Part shown: positions 1 through 10,131 of the stretch, in pieces
Numbering within the stretch: position 1 is the first letter of the stretch
Layout of the letters: every line of letters begins with the position of its first letter
Origin: Candidatus Delongbacteria bacterium
GTDB lineage: Bacteria; CAIWAD01
Direction of reading: 5' to 3'
Length of the DNA: 64,000 bases
NCBI GenBank assembly: GCA_963663545.1
Contig: OY760505.1
Location: 1,760,001 to 1,824,000, forward strand
Position numbers and translations under genes: made by a program
Notes under the pieces: generated by a model
Told to the model about the DNA's origin: nothing
Seen by the model: only the letters and a program-made list of their open reading frames with translations
Database searches by the model: none

Positions 1-276
1 GCCGCCCGTGATGAAAAGCTCGCGTCCTTCAATAAGCATGCGCGCTACTTTATTCCGCGCCTTCATCACCAGTCGACTGAACGTGGGACGGGAAATCTGC
101 ATGCGACTGGCTGATTCCTGATGATCCAGCTGCAGCAGATCGGCGAGTCGGATCGCTTCGTACTCGTCCAGCGTGAGTCGCTCGCGATCCAGATCTCCCG
201 GCGGAACATCCACCGGTCGAAAGTGGGTCACCTGCGGTGGACTCAGCACCAGACGCTTACGATAAGGACCGCGCAC
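1..276 (-). CDS. DUF134 family putative DNA-binding protein (runs off the window edge; not in the ORF track)
   Basis: Manual translation from GTG 276 (GGAGG SD at 281-285; GTG 279 is also in frame): MRGPYRKRLVLSPPQVTHFRPVDVPPGDLDRERLTLDEYEAIRLADLLQLDHQESASRMQISRPTFSRLVMKARNKVARMLIEGRELFITGG. The 'LTLDEYEAIRLAD...MQISRPTF' HTH pattern is typical of DUF134. Confidence 0.85.
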   Translation of the reverse strand, partial: MRGPYRKRLVLSPPQVTHFRPVDVPPGDLDRERLTLDEYEAIRLADLLQLDHQESASRMQISRPTFSRLVMKARNKVARMLIEGRELFITGG

Positions 277-289
277 CACGCCTCCAAAC

Positions 290-365
290 GATCATACGTT
301 CATTTCGCCCTAACGGTAAAGAACATATGTTCATTTGGCAAGGAGATTTGAACATATGTGCAAAA
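290..365. promoter_or_regulatory. Three copies of a palindromic operator-like motif (GAACATATGTTC core) upstream of the DUF134 gene
   Basis: GATCATACGTTCATTT (290-305), GAACATATGTTCATTT (321-336) and TTTGAACATATGTGCAAA (347-364), spaced about 30 bp apart. Confidence 0.65.
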
Positions 366-423
366 ACACGGAATTCGGTACTTCCGTGCATGTAAGGGGT
401 TCTAAGCGGGATTGTGTGCGAAA

Positions 424-1578
424 TCAGCGCCCCTGTCGCAGCTCCTTGACCGCGTTGACCATGGCGCTAGCCGCCAAGTCAATTTGTGCCGGTGTATTAG
501 CCCACCCCACGGAGAGGCGCAGGCACTGAGCGGCTTCCTCGGCGCCAAGACCCATTGCCGTCAGGACATGCGAGGGTGTGCTACTGTCGGCGTGACACGC
601 AGCACCCGCCGAGGCGCTGATTTCGAGTGCCACGGACAACAGATCTCCAGCACGTACGCCAGGAAAGCGCACATTAGCTGTATTCTCAAGACGTGTCACA
701 TGGTCCGCGTGTACTACAAGATCGGGAATCCCGGCTCGCAGACGTGACACAAGCTGCTGTCGTAAAGCCGCGTACCCGGCCCGTAGTGTATCACCGCGTT
801 CATGCAGTACGCGCGCCGCCACTCCCATGCCGACAAGCTCGAGTACATTTTCGGTGCCCGGGCGCAACCCGCGCTCGTGTCCTCCTCCATACATCAGCGG
901 AGGCAGACTGAGGCCGTGGCGCATCCACAAAGCGCCAGTACCTTTTGGTGCGTTGAATTTGTGCGCCGCTACTGAGAGGAAGTCCACTCCCAACTCCGCA
1001 ACACGAAAGGCATGCTTTCCTACTGCCTGAGCAGCATCGGTGTGCACAAGCGCGTGACACTCCGGGTGCTCCTCGCGATACTCCCGGACGCGGTCGACGA
1101 TCTCTCGCAGCGGCTGAATGGTTCCGGTCTCATTGTTGGCCAGCATGACACTCACCAGCACGGTATCGGGACGCAGCGCGCGTGACACGTCTTCCGCAGA
1201 AACCAGCGCATTGCCGTCAACAGGAAGGTGTGTCACAGTAAAACCAAACTCCTTCAGCGCCTCCATCGGCTCCAGCACTGCCGGGTGTTCCACAGCCGAG
1301 CAGATCATATGCCCGCTCTTGCAGCGCCGTGCGACGCCTTGTATCACAATATTGTTGGCTTCGGTGCCTCCACCGGTGAAGCTTATCTCCTCGGCGTTGC
1401 CACCCAGCAATAGAGCCACTTCCTCACGTGCCTTGGCCACGGCTTCGCGACAGCGCAGGCCGTGAATGTGGCTACTGGACGGATTTCCCGTCTGGTCTTC
1501 GAGCCAGGGGCGCATAGCGGCAATTACTTCAGGCAGCAATGGTGTGGATGCGTTGTGATCCAGATAGATGATATCCAT
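424..1578 (-). CDS. iscS: Cysteine desulfurase, IscS/NifS family (class V PLP enzyme)
   Basis: IYLDHNASTP, HTDAAQAVGK, PLP lysine in AAHKFNAPKG, GGGHERGLRPGTEN, catalytic Cys in SAGAACH. Confidence 0.88.
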   Translation of the reverse strand: MDIIYLDHNASTPLLPEVIAAMRPWLEDQTGNPSSSHIHGLRCREAVAKAREEVALLLGGNAEEISFTGGGTEANNIVIQGVARRCKSGHMICSAVEHPAVLEPMEALKEFGFTVTHLPVDGNALVSAEDVSRALRPDTVLVSVMLANNETGTIQPLREIVDRVREYREEHPECHALVHTDAAQAVGKHAFRVAELGVDFLSVAAHKFNAPKGTGALWMRHGLSLPPLMYGGGHERGLRPGTENVLELVGMGVAARVLHERGDTLRAGYAALRQQLVSRLRAGIPDLVVHADHVTRLENTANVRFPGVRAGDLLSVALEISASAGAACHADSSTPSHVLTAMGLGAEEAAQCLRLSVGWANTPAQIDLAASAMVNAVKELRQGR

Positions 1579-1724
1579 GATTCTCTCCCGTCTGCGCCTA
1601 ACTTAACAGATCAACCTGCAAGTCCGCACAGCTTTCGGTGCAAACTCTCCCTCACTCTTGCCATGTTGCATGGCCCCGCACGTCCGGCACGGGCGAGCGG
1701 ACAGATCTTCAACAGGGGGATAGC

Positions 1725-2915
1725 ATGACTTTTGATTTGGAAGCCGTCCAACAGCAGCTTCGCGCAGAGGGCCTTGACGGATGGCTGCTCTATGTCTTCC
1801 GCGATCAAAACCCGATTTCGGTCAAGGTGTTGAATCTGCCCGCACACCAGGTTCGCACTCGTCGCTGTTTCTACTGGGTACCCTCTTCCGGCGAGCCAGT
1901 ACGCTTGCTGCATCGCATCGAACCCGCTACGCTTGCACACCTGCCCGGCCGTAGCTTCTTCTATCTGAGCTATCAAAGCCTCGCCGATAGCCTGGCGGTG
2001 TTGCTGGCTGATCGCGACAAGGTGGCCATGGAGTACAGCCCAAGCGCCTCCATTCCCACGGTCTCCACGGTGGATGCGGGAACCGTCGAGTTGGTGCGCG
2101 GTGCCGGAGTTGAGGTGAAATCCAGCGCCAATCTGGTGCAGTATTTTCAGGCGCGACTAAGCGCAGAGCAGGTTAAAGGCCACTTTGCCGCGGCGGCTGT
2201 TTGTCGAGAGGCTGCCCACGCAGCCTTTGCGGAAGTAGGGCGCCGTTTGCGCGCAGGCGAAAGTGTGCGCGAGAGCGAGATTCAAACCTTCCTGATGCAG
2301 CGCTTTGCCGATAAGGGGCTGATCACCGATCATCCGCCAATTGTCGCCAGCGGTGCTCACGCAGGTGATCCGCACTATGAGCCGGGCAAAGAAAGCGACG
2401 ACCGCATTTTGAAGGACCAGGTGTTGCTGATTGATCTGTGGGCAAAGCTGCGCAAGCCAGGCGCAGTTTATGCGGATCAGACCTGGATGGGCTTCGTCGG
2501 CAGGCACGTGCCCGAGCGCGTGCAACAAGTCTGGGAGATTGTGCGTGACGCGCGACGCGCCTCCTGGCGACTGATCGAAGAGCGCTGCGAACGACGTGAA
2601 CCGGTCTATGGCTGGGAAGGCGATCAGCAGGCACGAGATCACATTGAACAGGCAGGCTTCGGCGACGACTTCATTCATCGTACCGGCCATAGCATTGGCG
2701 AGCAGGATCACGGCAACGGCGCCAACCTGGACAATCTTGAAACTCGCGAGCTGCGCCGCTTGCTTCCAGGCACGCTATTCAGCATCGAACCGGGCATTTA
2801 TCTGCCTGAATTTGGTGTTCGAAGCGAGTTCAATGTTCTGATTGACGATGAATACGGTGTCCGCGTAGCTGAAGGAACGGATCAAGCGGAATTGATCATG
2901 GTGGATCCCGACTGA
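1725..2915 (+). CDS. M24 family Xaa-Pro aminopeptidase
   Basis: Metal-ligand motifs DLW, ADQTW, HRTGHSIG, FSIEPGIY and GVRSE. ATG 1725 follows a GGGGGA SD. Confidence 0.88.
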   Translation: MTFDLEAVQQQLRAEGLDGWLLYVFRDQNPISVKVLNLPAHQVRTRRCFYWVPSSGEPVRLLHRIEPATLAHLPGRSFFYLSYQSLADSLAVLLADRDKVAMEYSPSASIPTVSTVDAGTVELVRGAGVEVKSSANLVQYFQARLSAEQVKGHFAAAAVCREAAHAAFAEVGRRLRAGESVRESEIQTFLMQRFADKGLITDHPPIVASGAHAGDPHYEPGKESDDRILKDQVLLIDLWAKLRKPGAVYADQTWMGFVGRHVPERVQQVWEIVRDARRASWRLIEERCERREPVYGWEGDQQARDHIEQAGFGDDFIHRTGHSIGEQDHGNGANLDNLETRELRRLLPGTLFSIEPGIYLPEFGVRSEFNVLIDDEYGVRVAEGTDQAELIMVDPD

Positions 2916-3131
2916 GGTCTGTCACGGGTTCACGGGCGCGCGTACAATTGTATGATCTTATGCTACATTCCTTGGCCGCGCGAGGAGGACTGGCTTACAA
3001 TGCGCACTCTACCGCGGACACACGCCCGGCAAGAGCCGGCACGATAGAAAACCGGGAGAATCCTATCGGTTCTTGCTCTGAATTGTAACGCCCCGAACCT
3101 GAGTAGGGCAGAATCCAAGTCAATAAGTCCT

Positions 3132-6100
3132 TTGCATAGAGTTTTCCGACAGTCTCAAGCCGGGACGCTGCTTTGTTTGTTACTGCTGTTGCTCACCCTG
3201 GGCACACAGGCTTTTGCAGCAGCAGATCTCAAAGCATCTACGCGCTGGCGCGGTCCCACCGAACAGCTCAATTATGATCCCTTCTCGCAGGAACTCGTCC
3301 CCTGGCGAAGCAGCAGTTTTTCGCTGTCGCCAGCCAGTCGCGAACGACTGCTGACGATTCAGGCAGACTCCACACAGACGGGCATGGTCTACACCACGCG
3401 GGATGCGGCCGGGCAGATTCGAGCCATCTGCACGATTCCTTTTGAGCATCTGCTGGAGCGTACGCTCGTCAGCCGCAATCCGCGCATGTTGCGCGAGGGC
3501 TTGGCCGATCAACTATTGACCCGCTTCGGTACCGGCAATGAAGACATCGAAATCGACATTCCCTTCAAGGTCAAGAGTAAAACCTTCCGTCGTTTCTTCG
3601 GCAGCGGCCGCATTGGCATGAATGTCAACGGCTCCATCAGCGTCAACGGTACTCTGCGCAAAGAGAAACGCGAGGCGCAATCGTCTTCGGCATACAACAA
3701 CAACAACAGCGACTTTTTGTTGGAACAGACGCAGCAGTTCACGGTGGTGGGCAAAATCGGCGAGAAAGTCGACGTCCACATCGACCAGGATACTGAGCGC
3801 AGCTTCGATTTTGAGAACAGCCTCTCTATCGTCTACACAGGAGAGCCGGAAGAAGTACTGCAGAAACTCGAAGCGGGCAACGTAGCGCTCTCGCTCCCGG
3901 GCACCAATTACGTGCAGTTCAACGAGCAATCCAGTGGCCTTTTCGGTTTGAAGGCCGTCACGCGCTTCGGCCCACTGGAAGTCACGGCGATCGCTTCCAC
4001 CGAGAAGAACGAGTCTCAGCAACAGAGTTCGGACGGCGCTGTTCAGACCACCGACCGCTCGCGTGGTCCTGCAAACAGCATCCGCCGTATGTTCTTTGTA
4101 AACAAGTTCTATCAGAACCAGTACCGCATCTACGACTCCCGCATGAACCCGGTTACAGTTTCAGGTCAGCGTATCGTTGCCTTTGATTTGTACGAGCTCG
4201 AAAGCGACGAAACCGAAGCGGCCTCTGAGCTGACGCTGATCGATCCTAGTGGCGATGTGGTTCGTAGTAGTTATCGCATGCGTAAAACGAGCTGGTCCAG
4301 CACCGAGGGAAGCGACCAACGAATTCAGCTCGACCCGCTTCGTGGTATCGTTACCCTGCCTTACGGTACAAGCGGCATTGTCGCAATGGCCTACCGAACG
4401 GAAAACGCAGACCTGTTCACCAACATGTCGGGCAGCATCGATTTTCCCGGTATGTTTGAAGAAGGCCAAGCGCATACAATCCATACAGGTACACTGAATG
4501 CAGGTGAGGGTGACGAGGTTGTCATTCTCTATCCAGAGTACTTCAATCCCAGCGAGCAGCCCTACTGGGATCTTCAGTTGCGCAACGTATTTGACATGGC
4601 CAACGCTGATGTGGATGTGGATGAGCTTGAGCTGCGCATTCGCGAAGGGCAAAGCGACAACGGAAGCTATCAGCAGAACAGCATCGACTATAGGCAGATC
4701 TTCTATCTGGACTTGTACAACAACTCCACGGAATTGCTGGGTTCGGATGGCAAGATTGATGACAATTGGGTCGACACAGAAACCGGCTATTTGTGGTTTC
4801 CCAGCCCCTTCCCCTTCAGCGACCGGCCCGAATCCTACGTCTTCCAGACTTCCTACGGCAGCTCGGTAACGATCTACGACCGGATAAGCGGCGACAGCCT
4901 GACGTATCAGGGCGTCAAGCTGGCTCCCAACAAGGGGACCAGTAGCGACGAGCTGGAATACGTTCCCTTCGACCGCACAATGGCTGCTTCGCTGGATACG
5001 CTGTACAACACAAACACCACGAATCAGCAGGCGATTAACAACTACAACAGCCTGATCACCATCTGGAGTGAAGTGCGAACGGGAACCGAGGTCTTCAGCC
5101 TGGGCTGGAACGTGACCAACGTAACCGTAACAGCCAACGGCAGCCGCCTTGTCGAGGGAACCGATTACGAGCTGGACGAGATGTCGGGCATTGTGCGCAT
5201 TATCAACGCGCGCTATCTGCGCCCCGATCAGAGCATCAAGGTGAGTTGGGAAAGCCCGGAGCTCTTTCAACTGCGCAAGAAAACCTTTATGGGTGTCAAG
5301 GCTGATTTAAGTCTGGGCGATGTGGGTAGTCTGGGCATGGCCTACATCTACTTCAACGAGGAGTCTTCGGAAAGCAAAGTTCGACTGGGCAATGAGCCCA
5401 TCAAGAATTCCATCTTTGATATCAACGGCAACCTGACCTTTGCCCCGCGCATCATGACCAACATGGTAGATGCTTTGCCGCTGATCGAGGCAGATGCCCC
5501 TTCGCGCCTCGCGTTAAGCGGTGAATTCGCCATCATTCTGCCCGACCCAAACCCCTCCAACAACCCGAGCACGGGCGATAACAATGGTGTGGCTTATGTG
5601 GACGATTTCGAATCCTCAAAGCAGGAAAGTCCGGTTTCGCTGAGTCACAACATGTGGTTCCTCTCTTCAAAACCGCTTGATTATCAACTTGGATATCGAG
5701 GGTTGATGGGCTGGTTCAATCCTCGCGAAAAGACATCGCAGCGAGAAATCTGGCCCAACTACGAAGAAAGCAGTAACGAAACGGCGCAGAATGACATTCG
5801 CACCCTGACCCTGCAGTACTATCCCTACACACTGCTTAGCCAGCTTCGCAGCGGAGCGGACACATCGCTGACCGGCGAAGGAACCATGCGGCGCAATTCC
5901 TGGGGCGGCGCCTATCTGGAATTCCTTGGGCTGTACTCGAGTGGCGGGCTTGAGAGCAAGAAGTTCATCGAGATGACAATCAAGATCGAGGGCGATCGCA
6001 GTGGTACGCTGCACCTCGATCTCGGACGTATGTCAGAGGAAATCCTTGTCAACAATAGCCGAGACACGGAGGATCACACCCCCGCCGACAATGTGCTGCA

Positions 6101-9100
6101 AATCTCTACGGAGGATATGGGTCTTGACGGCGTGCGCGAAGCGGATCCACCCTGGCCTCTTCCCGATGAGCTGCATGGCTGGTCGGGTACCTACCAGGAC
6201 ATGCAGGCAGAGTTCTCTGAGAAATACGACTACTGGGACATCAACGATAACGGTCGCAAAGATTCTTGGGAGCCCTGGTCTTTTGACAACTATCAGGCCG
6301 CCGAGACCGAACAAAGCGAGGCGATCAACCTCGACCCGGACCACCCGATCGACCGCTCGCATGGCTGGCAGGGTAACGGTCAAAACGACACCGAACAGAT
6401 GCGTCCTGACGACGAGGACCGCAACGGCGACGGCGACGTAAGCGACTTCAATAGCTACTTCTCGTGGGAGATTCCGCTCAATCCCAACGACCCCGACTAC
6501 GATACCTATGTCTCCGAGATCGATCCGCGTACCGAATGGCTGCATGTGCGAATTCCGCTGCACAAGGCGGGCTACACGGAGCACGGCGATTCCCCGACGC
6601 TGGAGGCCGTCCGCGGTCTGCGCTTGTGGTTCAGCGATTTTGATCGTCCGGTGGATGTATCCATTGCCGAGTTCAATTTCGTCGGCAACGAGTGGGTCGA
6701 GGACACTACCTCAACGAGTTCTGCGAATTTCAAAATCTCCGTGCTGAACAACTTCGACAACAGCTCGGTGTATTACAGCCCTGCAGGTGTTGAAGGCCAG
6801 CGGGACAACATCACTGGTATTCGCGAGCGCGAGCAGTCGATGGTGTTCGAGCTGACCGACATGCCCTTTGGCGACATTGCCTGGGCTGACAAGACACTCG
6901 ATGCGCAGGTCTCGCTGGCTGAGTATCGTCGGCTTCGCATGTTTGTGCACGGTGGTAGCGCCGATGTGCTCTTGCGCGACGACGATACAACGATTGTCGA
7001 TATCAGCGACTTCGAGCAGAAGTACAACAACGATCAAGTCGAGTTCATCTTCCGCTTTGGAGTCAACCAAACCAACTACTACCAGTACAGCAAGTTTGTG
7101 CACGCGGGTTGGGCCGAAGAGAATGCCGTCGACATTATCTTCTCGGAAATCACCGGCATCGAAGAGTTTACTCGCGCCACAAAGGGGCAGGAGGAGCCGA
7201 ACAAGCCCATTCTGCTTTCTGACGGCGGGCAGATGACCGTGGTAGGCTCCCCCTCCATCAACAACATCGGCTTCTTTCGTATTGGAATAAAAAACCATGG
7301 GTCACGCCCGTTGGACACTCAGATTTGGTTCAACGAGCTGCGCGTCAGTGACGTGAAAAAAGAAATTGGCCGCGCATTCCGAGCGGACCTCGACGCCGAC
7401 TTCAGTGATGTGATACAAACCAATGCGAGCTTCGAACAGAAAGACGCCGAGTTCCACAACGTCAAGCAGCGTACTACAGCCTCGGGCAGCCAGTATTTCC
7501 AGCGCAACTGGAGTGTTGGCGCATCAACGGATCTGGGGCGTCTGCTGCCGCCCTCCTGGACGACCGAAATTGACATCTCGAGCGACTACTCAGAGCGCTA
7601 CAAAGTGCCGCGCTACGTGATCGGCGACGACCAGGAACTAGACATGGATGATCCCCCGGAAGACATGGAGGATCTCAGTCGCACGCGGGGCGCGAGCATC
7701 TCCTTCAAAAAACGCAATAGCGTGGGTTTCGCTGGTAAGCAGCTTCTTGACCGTGTCAGCCTGCGCTACAGTATCAGCGAGCAGTCTGCGCGTAACAATA
7801 CCAACAGCGGTGATACAACCATTACCCAAACCGCAGAGGTGAGTTACTCGAATCAGTGGAATTACACACACCGCCTGCGTCCTTTCTTCTTTGCCGAAAA
7901 CTGGTGGCTGGTTGGCGATGCAAGTAGATTCGGCATCGGCTACATGCCACAGAGTATCACGCTTAGAGCAGACGCGCGCCGTGTTTTCCGTGATACATAT
8001 ACTCGCGAGTCAGGCAATGAGGTTCACAGTCAAACCTACCTGCTCAATAGAAGCTGGAACTCTAGTCTTTCGCCGTTGAACGACCTGAGTGTCAGTTTTG
8101 GTCGCAGCTACAGCGGTACGAACCTTGTCTTCAATCGCCTGCACACTGAGGTTCTAGAGCCGCTTAGCCAGTACGAGACCACAGAAGACAGCCTGCTGTT
8201 TTACGATTACTTGCGTCGTCTGGAATTGTGGCGTGAAGGCGAGACCACCATTACGGATGGTGACAACAACATGCGCCAGACCGTGGATTTTGCCTACCAA
8301 CCCACGCTGGTCAAATGGATGACGACCTCGTTCAACTACAACACAAGCTACAGTTGGCAGCGTACTCCAGCAGAGCCGGAACTGGGTGTATCCGTGAGCA
8401 ATAGTGGGTCTTTTACCAGTAATCTCAAGCTGAAGACAGGCACCTTGCTCCCCAAGTTCCTGCTGATGTCACCAGAGCGTGTTACAAGCGCCAAGCAGGA
8501 GCTGGAACAGCTCGCTCGCGAGCGCAAGGAGCGGCGTCAGGCCCGACGCGAAGAACGAGCTGCGCAAAAAGCCGCACGTGAGGCCGAGAATGCAGACAGC
8601 GACGAGCCGACAGAACTCGTGACGCCAACAGGCGAAGAAGCGGAGGAGGCTGTCGAAGCGGATGAACTCCCGGCACCAGTTATCGACCCGAATCCAGAGC
8701 CTCAGCTACCGAAGCCGCGACTAGAAGGCCTCACTGAACCCGGTGAGCCTGGTAGTCCCGGCATGGGTCCGGGCGGACTTGGAGGGCCTGGCAAGCCTGG
8801 CGAAGAGCACGATCCTCAGAAGGACGGTGACACACCACCAGCACCGGCCAATAGTGTTGCCGAGCCGGAGATACCTTTCGCCGCTGATACACTGTTGACG
8901 GCAACTGAGTCTGTGACACAGCCTTCGGATTCTCTCGGAGAGTCCCCGGCCGTGACACAGACGATCGAGGTAATCGAAGAAGACACAGGACCCGGTCTAC
9001 TGGAAACAGCAGGCCAGAGCCTGAACCGCGTACGTCTACGCGTCGGTGTGGCACTTGCGGAACTCCAGGACATTACGGCGACATTCCGTCGTACCTCCAG

Positions 9101-10118
9101 CCAGTCGGACCCGCTTCTGGCCGTTTACCCGTGGGATAGCTTTTTCAAGCGCCACGCTGACTTGTTGTACCAGCTTGGCCTGAACCGTGACACGGGCATC
9201 AATCGCGTCAGTACTGCGATTTCACGCAGCACATCTGTGCCAACTCGGAACTTTGGCTACAACTATAATTTGAGCACCTCGCTGAATGTGATACACGCCG
9301 TCCCCATCAGCCTGTCCTACAGCTACAGTTTCACGCAGGGCTTCTCGGACGAAGAAGAAGCAAGTCGCAGCGAGGAGCTGACCGGCTGGTACATCTTTGA
9401 AGGCGAGTCCGCGTTGACCGGACCGGATTTTGCCGAAGACGAAGTCGTTGCCGGAAATCCCGCCCTGCGCGCGATTCCGGATTACAACTTCAGCATCAGT
9501 GGTTTTGAAAAACTGCCGCTTGTTCGCTCGGTTGTTCGCACGATGAGCATGAACCATGGCTATCGCGGAAGTAGCACCATCAGCTACGCCAAGGGCGAAG
9601 AAGCGATGTATCGCAGCAGCCTTACGTACTCGAAGAATTTCGATCCGCTCGTCGGATTTGATTTCAGCACTGGAAAGGGTTGGAGCGGCTCCGTCAATTT
9701 GTCTGTATCACGTAGCTTGGATGTTGATTCTCCGGACAGCGACAGCCGTGATGTCAGTTTCTCCTACTCCAGACGCTGGCGCTTCAGCGCGTCAAAGGCG
9801 CTACGTAAAGGCTTCAAGCTCCCCTTCATTCGAAAGCACTTTGAAAACAACACCACGCTCACGTCCGAATTCTCAATGAGTTCAACCTCGAGCTATTCAA
9901 GCGAGAAGGTCACGGAGAGCGATTTCACTTATCAGCAGTGGAGCCTGCCACGCGAATCCAGTGACTGGAGCATCAAGTTCTCGTCATCCTTTGAGTTCAG
10001 CCGCAATGTGACAGGTCGTGCCGGATATGAGTACGGACAGAACAAAACGACGTCCGGTGAAAGCGTCAGCTACAACTTGTTCTCCGTTTCCTGCACCATT
10101 CGACTGCGTGGTCGATGA
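3132..10118 (+). CDS. sprA: SprA/Sov-like T9SS outer-membrane translocon (cell surface protein SprA)
   Basis: 2328 aa with a signal peptide. SprA-like segments include 'GKIGEKVDV..DQDTERSFDFEN', 'KLEAGNVALSLP', 'GLFGLKA', 'KVRLGNEP', 'YVDDFE' and 'WFNELRVSD', plus a beta-strand-rich C-terminus. The TTG start is uncertain. Confidence 0.85.
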   Translation: MHRVFRQSQAGTLLCLLLLLLTLGTQAFAAADLKASTRWRGPTEQLNYDPFSQELVPWRSSSFSLSPASRERLLTIQADSTQTGMVYTTRDAAGQIRAICTIPFEHLLERTLVSRNPRMLREGLADQLLTRFGTGNEDIEIDIPFKVKSKTFRRFFGSGRIGMNVNGSISVNGTLRKEKREAQSSSAYNNNNSDFLLEQTQQFTVVGKIGEKVDVHIDQDTERSFDFENSLSIVYTGEPEEVLQKLEAGNVALSLPGTNYVQFNEQSSGLFGLKAVTRFGPLEVTAIASTEKNESQQQSSDGAVQTTDRSRGPANSIRRMFFVNKFYQNQYRIYDSRMNPVTVSGQRIVAFDLYELESDETEAASELTLIDPSGDVVRSSYRMRKTSWSSTEGSDQRIQLDPLRGIVTLPYGTSGIVAMAYRTENADLFTNMSGSIDFPGMFEEGQAHTIHTGTLNAGEGDEVVILYPEYFNPSEQPYWDLQLRNVFDMANADVDVDELELRIREGQSDNGSYQQNSIDYRQIFYLDLYNNSTELLGSDGKIDDNWVDTETGYLWFPSPFPFSDRPESYVFQTSYGSSVTIYDRISGDSLTYQGVKLAPNKGTSSDELEYVPFDRTMAASLDTLYNTNTTNQQAINNYNSLITIWSEVRTGTEVFSLGWNVTNVTVTANGSRLVEGTDYELDEMSGIVRIINARYLRPDQSIKVSWESPELFQLRKKTFMGVKADLSLGDVGSLGMAYIYFNEESSESKVRLGNEPIKNSIFDINGNLTFAPRIMTNMVDALPLIEADAPSRLALSGEFAIILPDPNPSNNPSTGDNNGVAYVDDFESSKQESPVSLSHNMWFLSSKPLDYQLGYRGLMGWFNPREKTSQREIWPNYEESSNETAQNDIRTLTLQYYPYTLLSQLRSGADTSLTGEGTMRRNSWGGAYLEFLGLYSSGGLESKKFIEMTIKIEGDRSGTLHLDLGRMSEEILVNNSRDTEDHTPADNVLQISTEDMGLDGVREADPPWPLPDELHGWSGTYQDMQAEFSEKYDYWDINDNGRKDSWEPWSFDNYQAAETEQSEAINLDPDHPIDRSHGWQGNGQNDTEQMRPDDEDRNGDGDVSDFNSYFSWEIPLNPNDPDYDTYVSEIDPRTEWLHVRIPLHKAGYTEHGDSPTLEAVRGLRLWFSDFDRPVDVSIAEFNFVGNEWVEDTTSTSSANFKISVLNNFDNSSVYYSPAGVEGQRDNITGIREREQSMVFELTDMPFGDIAWADKTLDAQVSLAEYRRLRMFVHGGSADVLLRDDDTTIVDISDFEQKYNNDQVEFIFRFGVNQTNYYQYSKFVHAGWAEENAVDIIFSEITGIEEFTRATKGQEEPNKPILLSDGGQMTVVGSPSINNIGFFRIGIKNHGSRPLDTQIWFNELRVSDVKKEIGRAFRADLDADFSDVIQTNASFEQKDAEFHNVKQRTTASGSQYFQRNWSVGASTDLGRLLPPSWTTEIDISSDYSERYKVPRYVIGDDQELDMDDPPEDMEDLSRTRGASISFKKRNSVGFAGKQLLDRVSLRYSISEQSARNNTNSGDTTITQTAEVSYSNQWNYTHRLRPFFFAENWWLVGDASRFGIGYMPQSITLRADARRVFRDTYTRESGNEVHSQTYLLNRSWNSSLSPLNDLSVSFGRSYSGTNLVFNRLHTEVLEPLSQYETTEDSLLFYDYLRRLELWREGETTITDGDNNMRQTVDFAYQPTLVKWMTTSFNYNTSYSWQRTPAEPELGVSVSNSGSFTSNLKLKTGTLLPKFLLMSPERVTSAKQELEQLARERKERRQARREERAAQKAAREAENADSDEPTELVTPTGEEAEEAVEADELPAPVIDPNPEPQLPKPRLEGLTEPGEPGSPGMGPGGLGGPGKPGEEHDPQKDGDTPPAPANSVAEPEIPFAADTLLTATESVTQPSDSLGESPAVTQTIEVIEEDTGPGLLETAGQSLNRVRLRVGVALAELQDITATFRRTSSQSDPLLAVYPWDSFFKRHADLLYQLGLNRDTGINRVSTAISRSTSVPTRNFGYNYNLSTSLNVIHAVPISLSYSYSFTQGFSDEEEASRSEELTGWYIFEGESALTGPDFAEDEVVAGNPALRAIPDYNFSISGFEKLPLVRSVVRTMSMNHGYRGSSTISYAKGEEAMYRSSLTYSKNFDPLVGFDFSTGKGWSGSVNLSVSRSLDVDSPDSDSRDVSFSYSRRWRFSASKALRKGFKLPFIRKHFENNTTLTSEFSMSSTSSYSSEKVTESDFTYQQWSLPRESSDWSIKFSSSFEFSRNVTGRAGYEYGQNKTTSGESVSYNLFSVSCTIRLRGR

Positions 10119-10131
10119 TCGGAGGTAAACC

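Noticed and set aside
290..365. The regularly spaced repeats as a mini-CRISPR
   Set aside because: There are only three degenerate ~16-bp units with ~14-bp gaps and no cas genes; an operator fits better.
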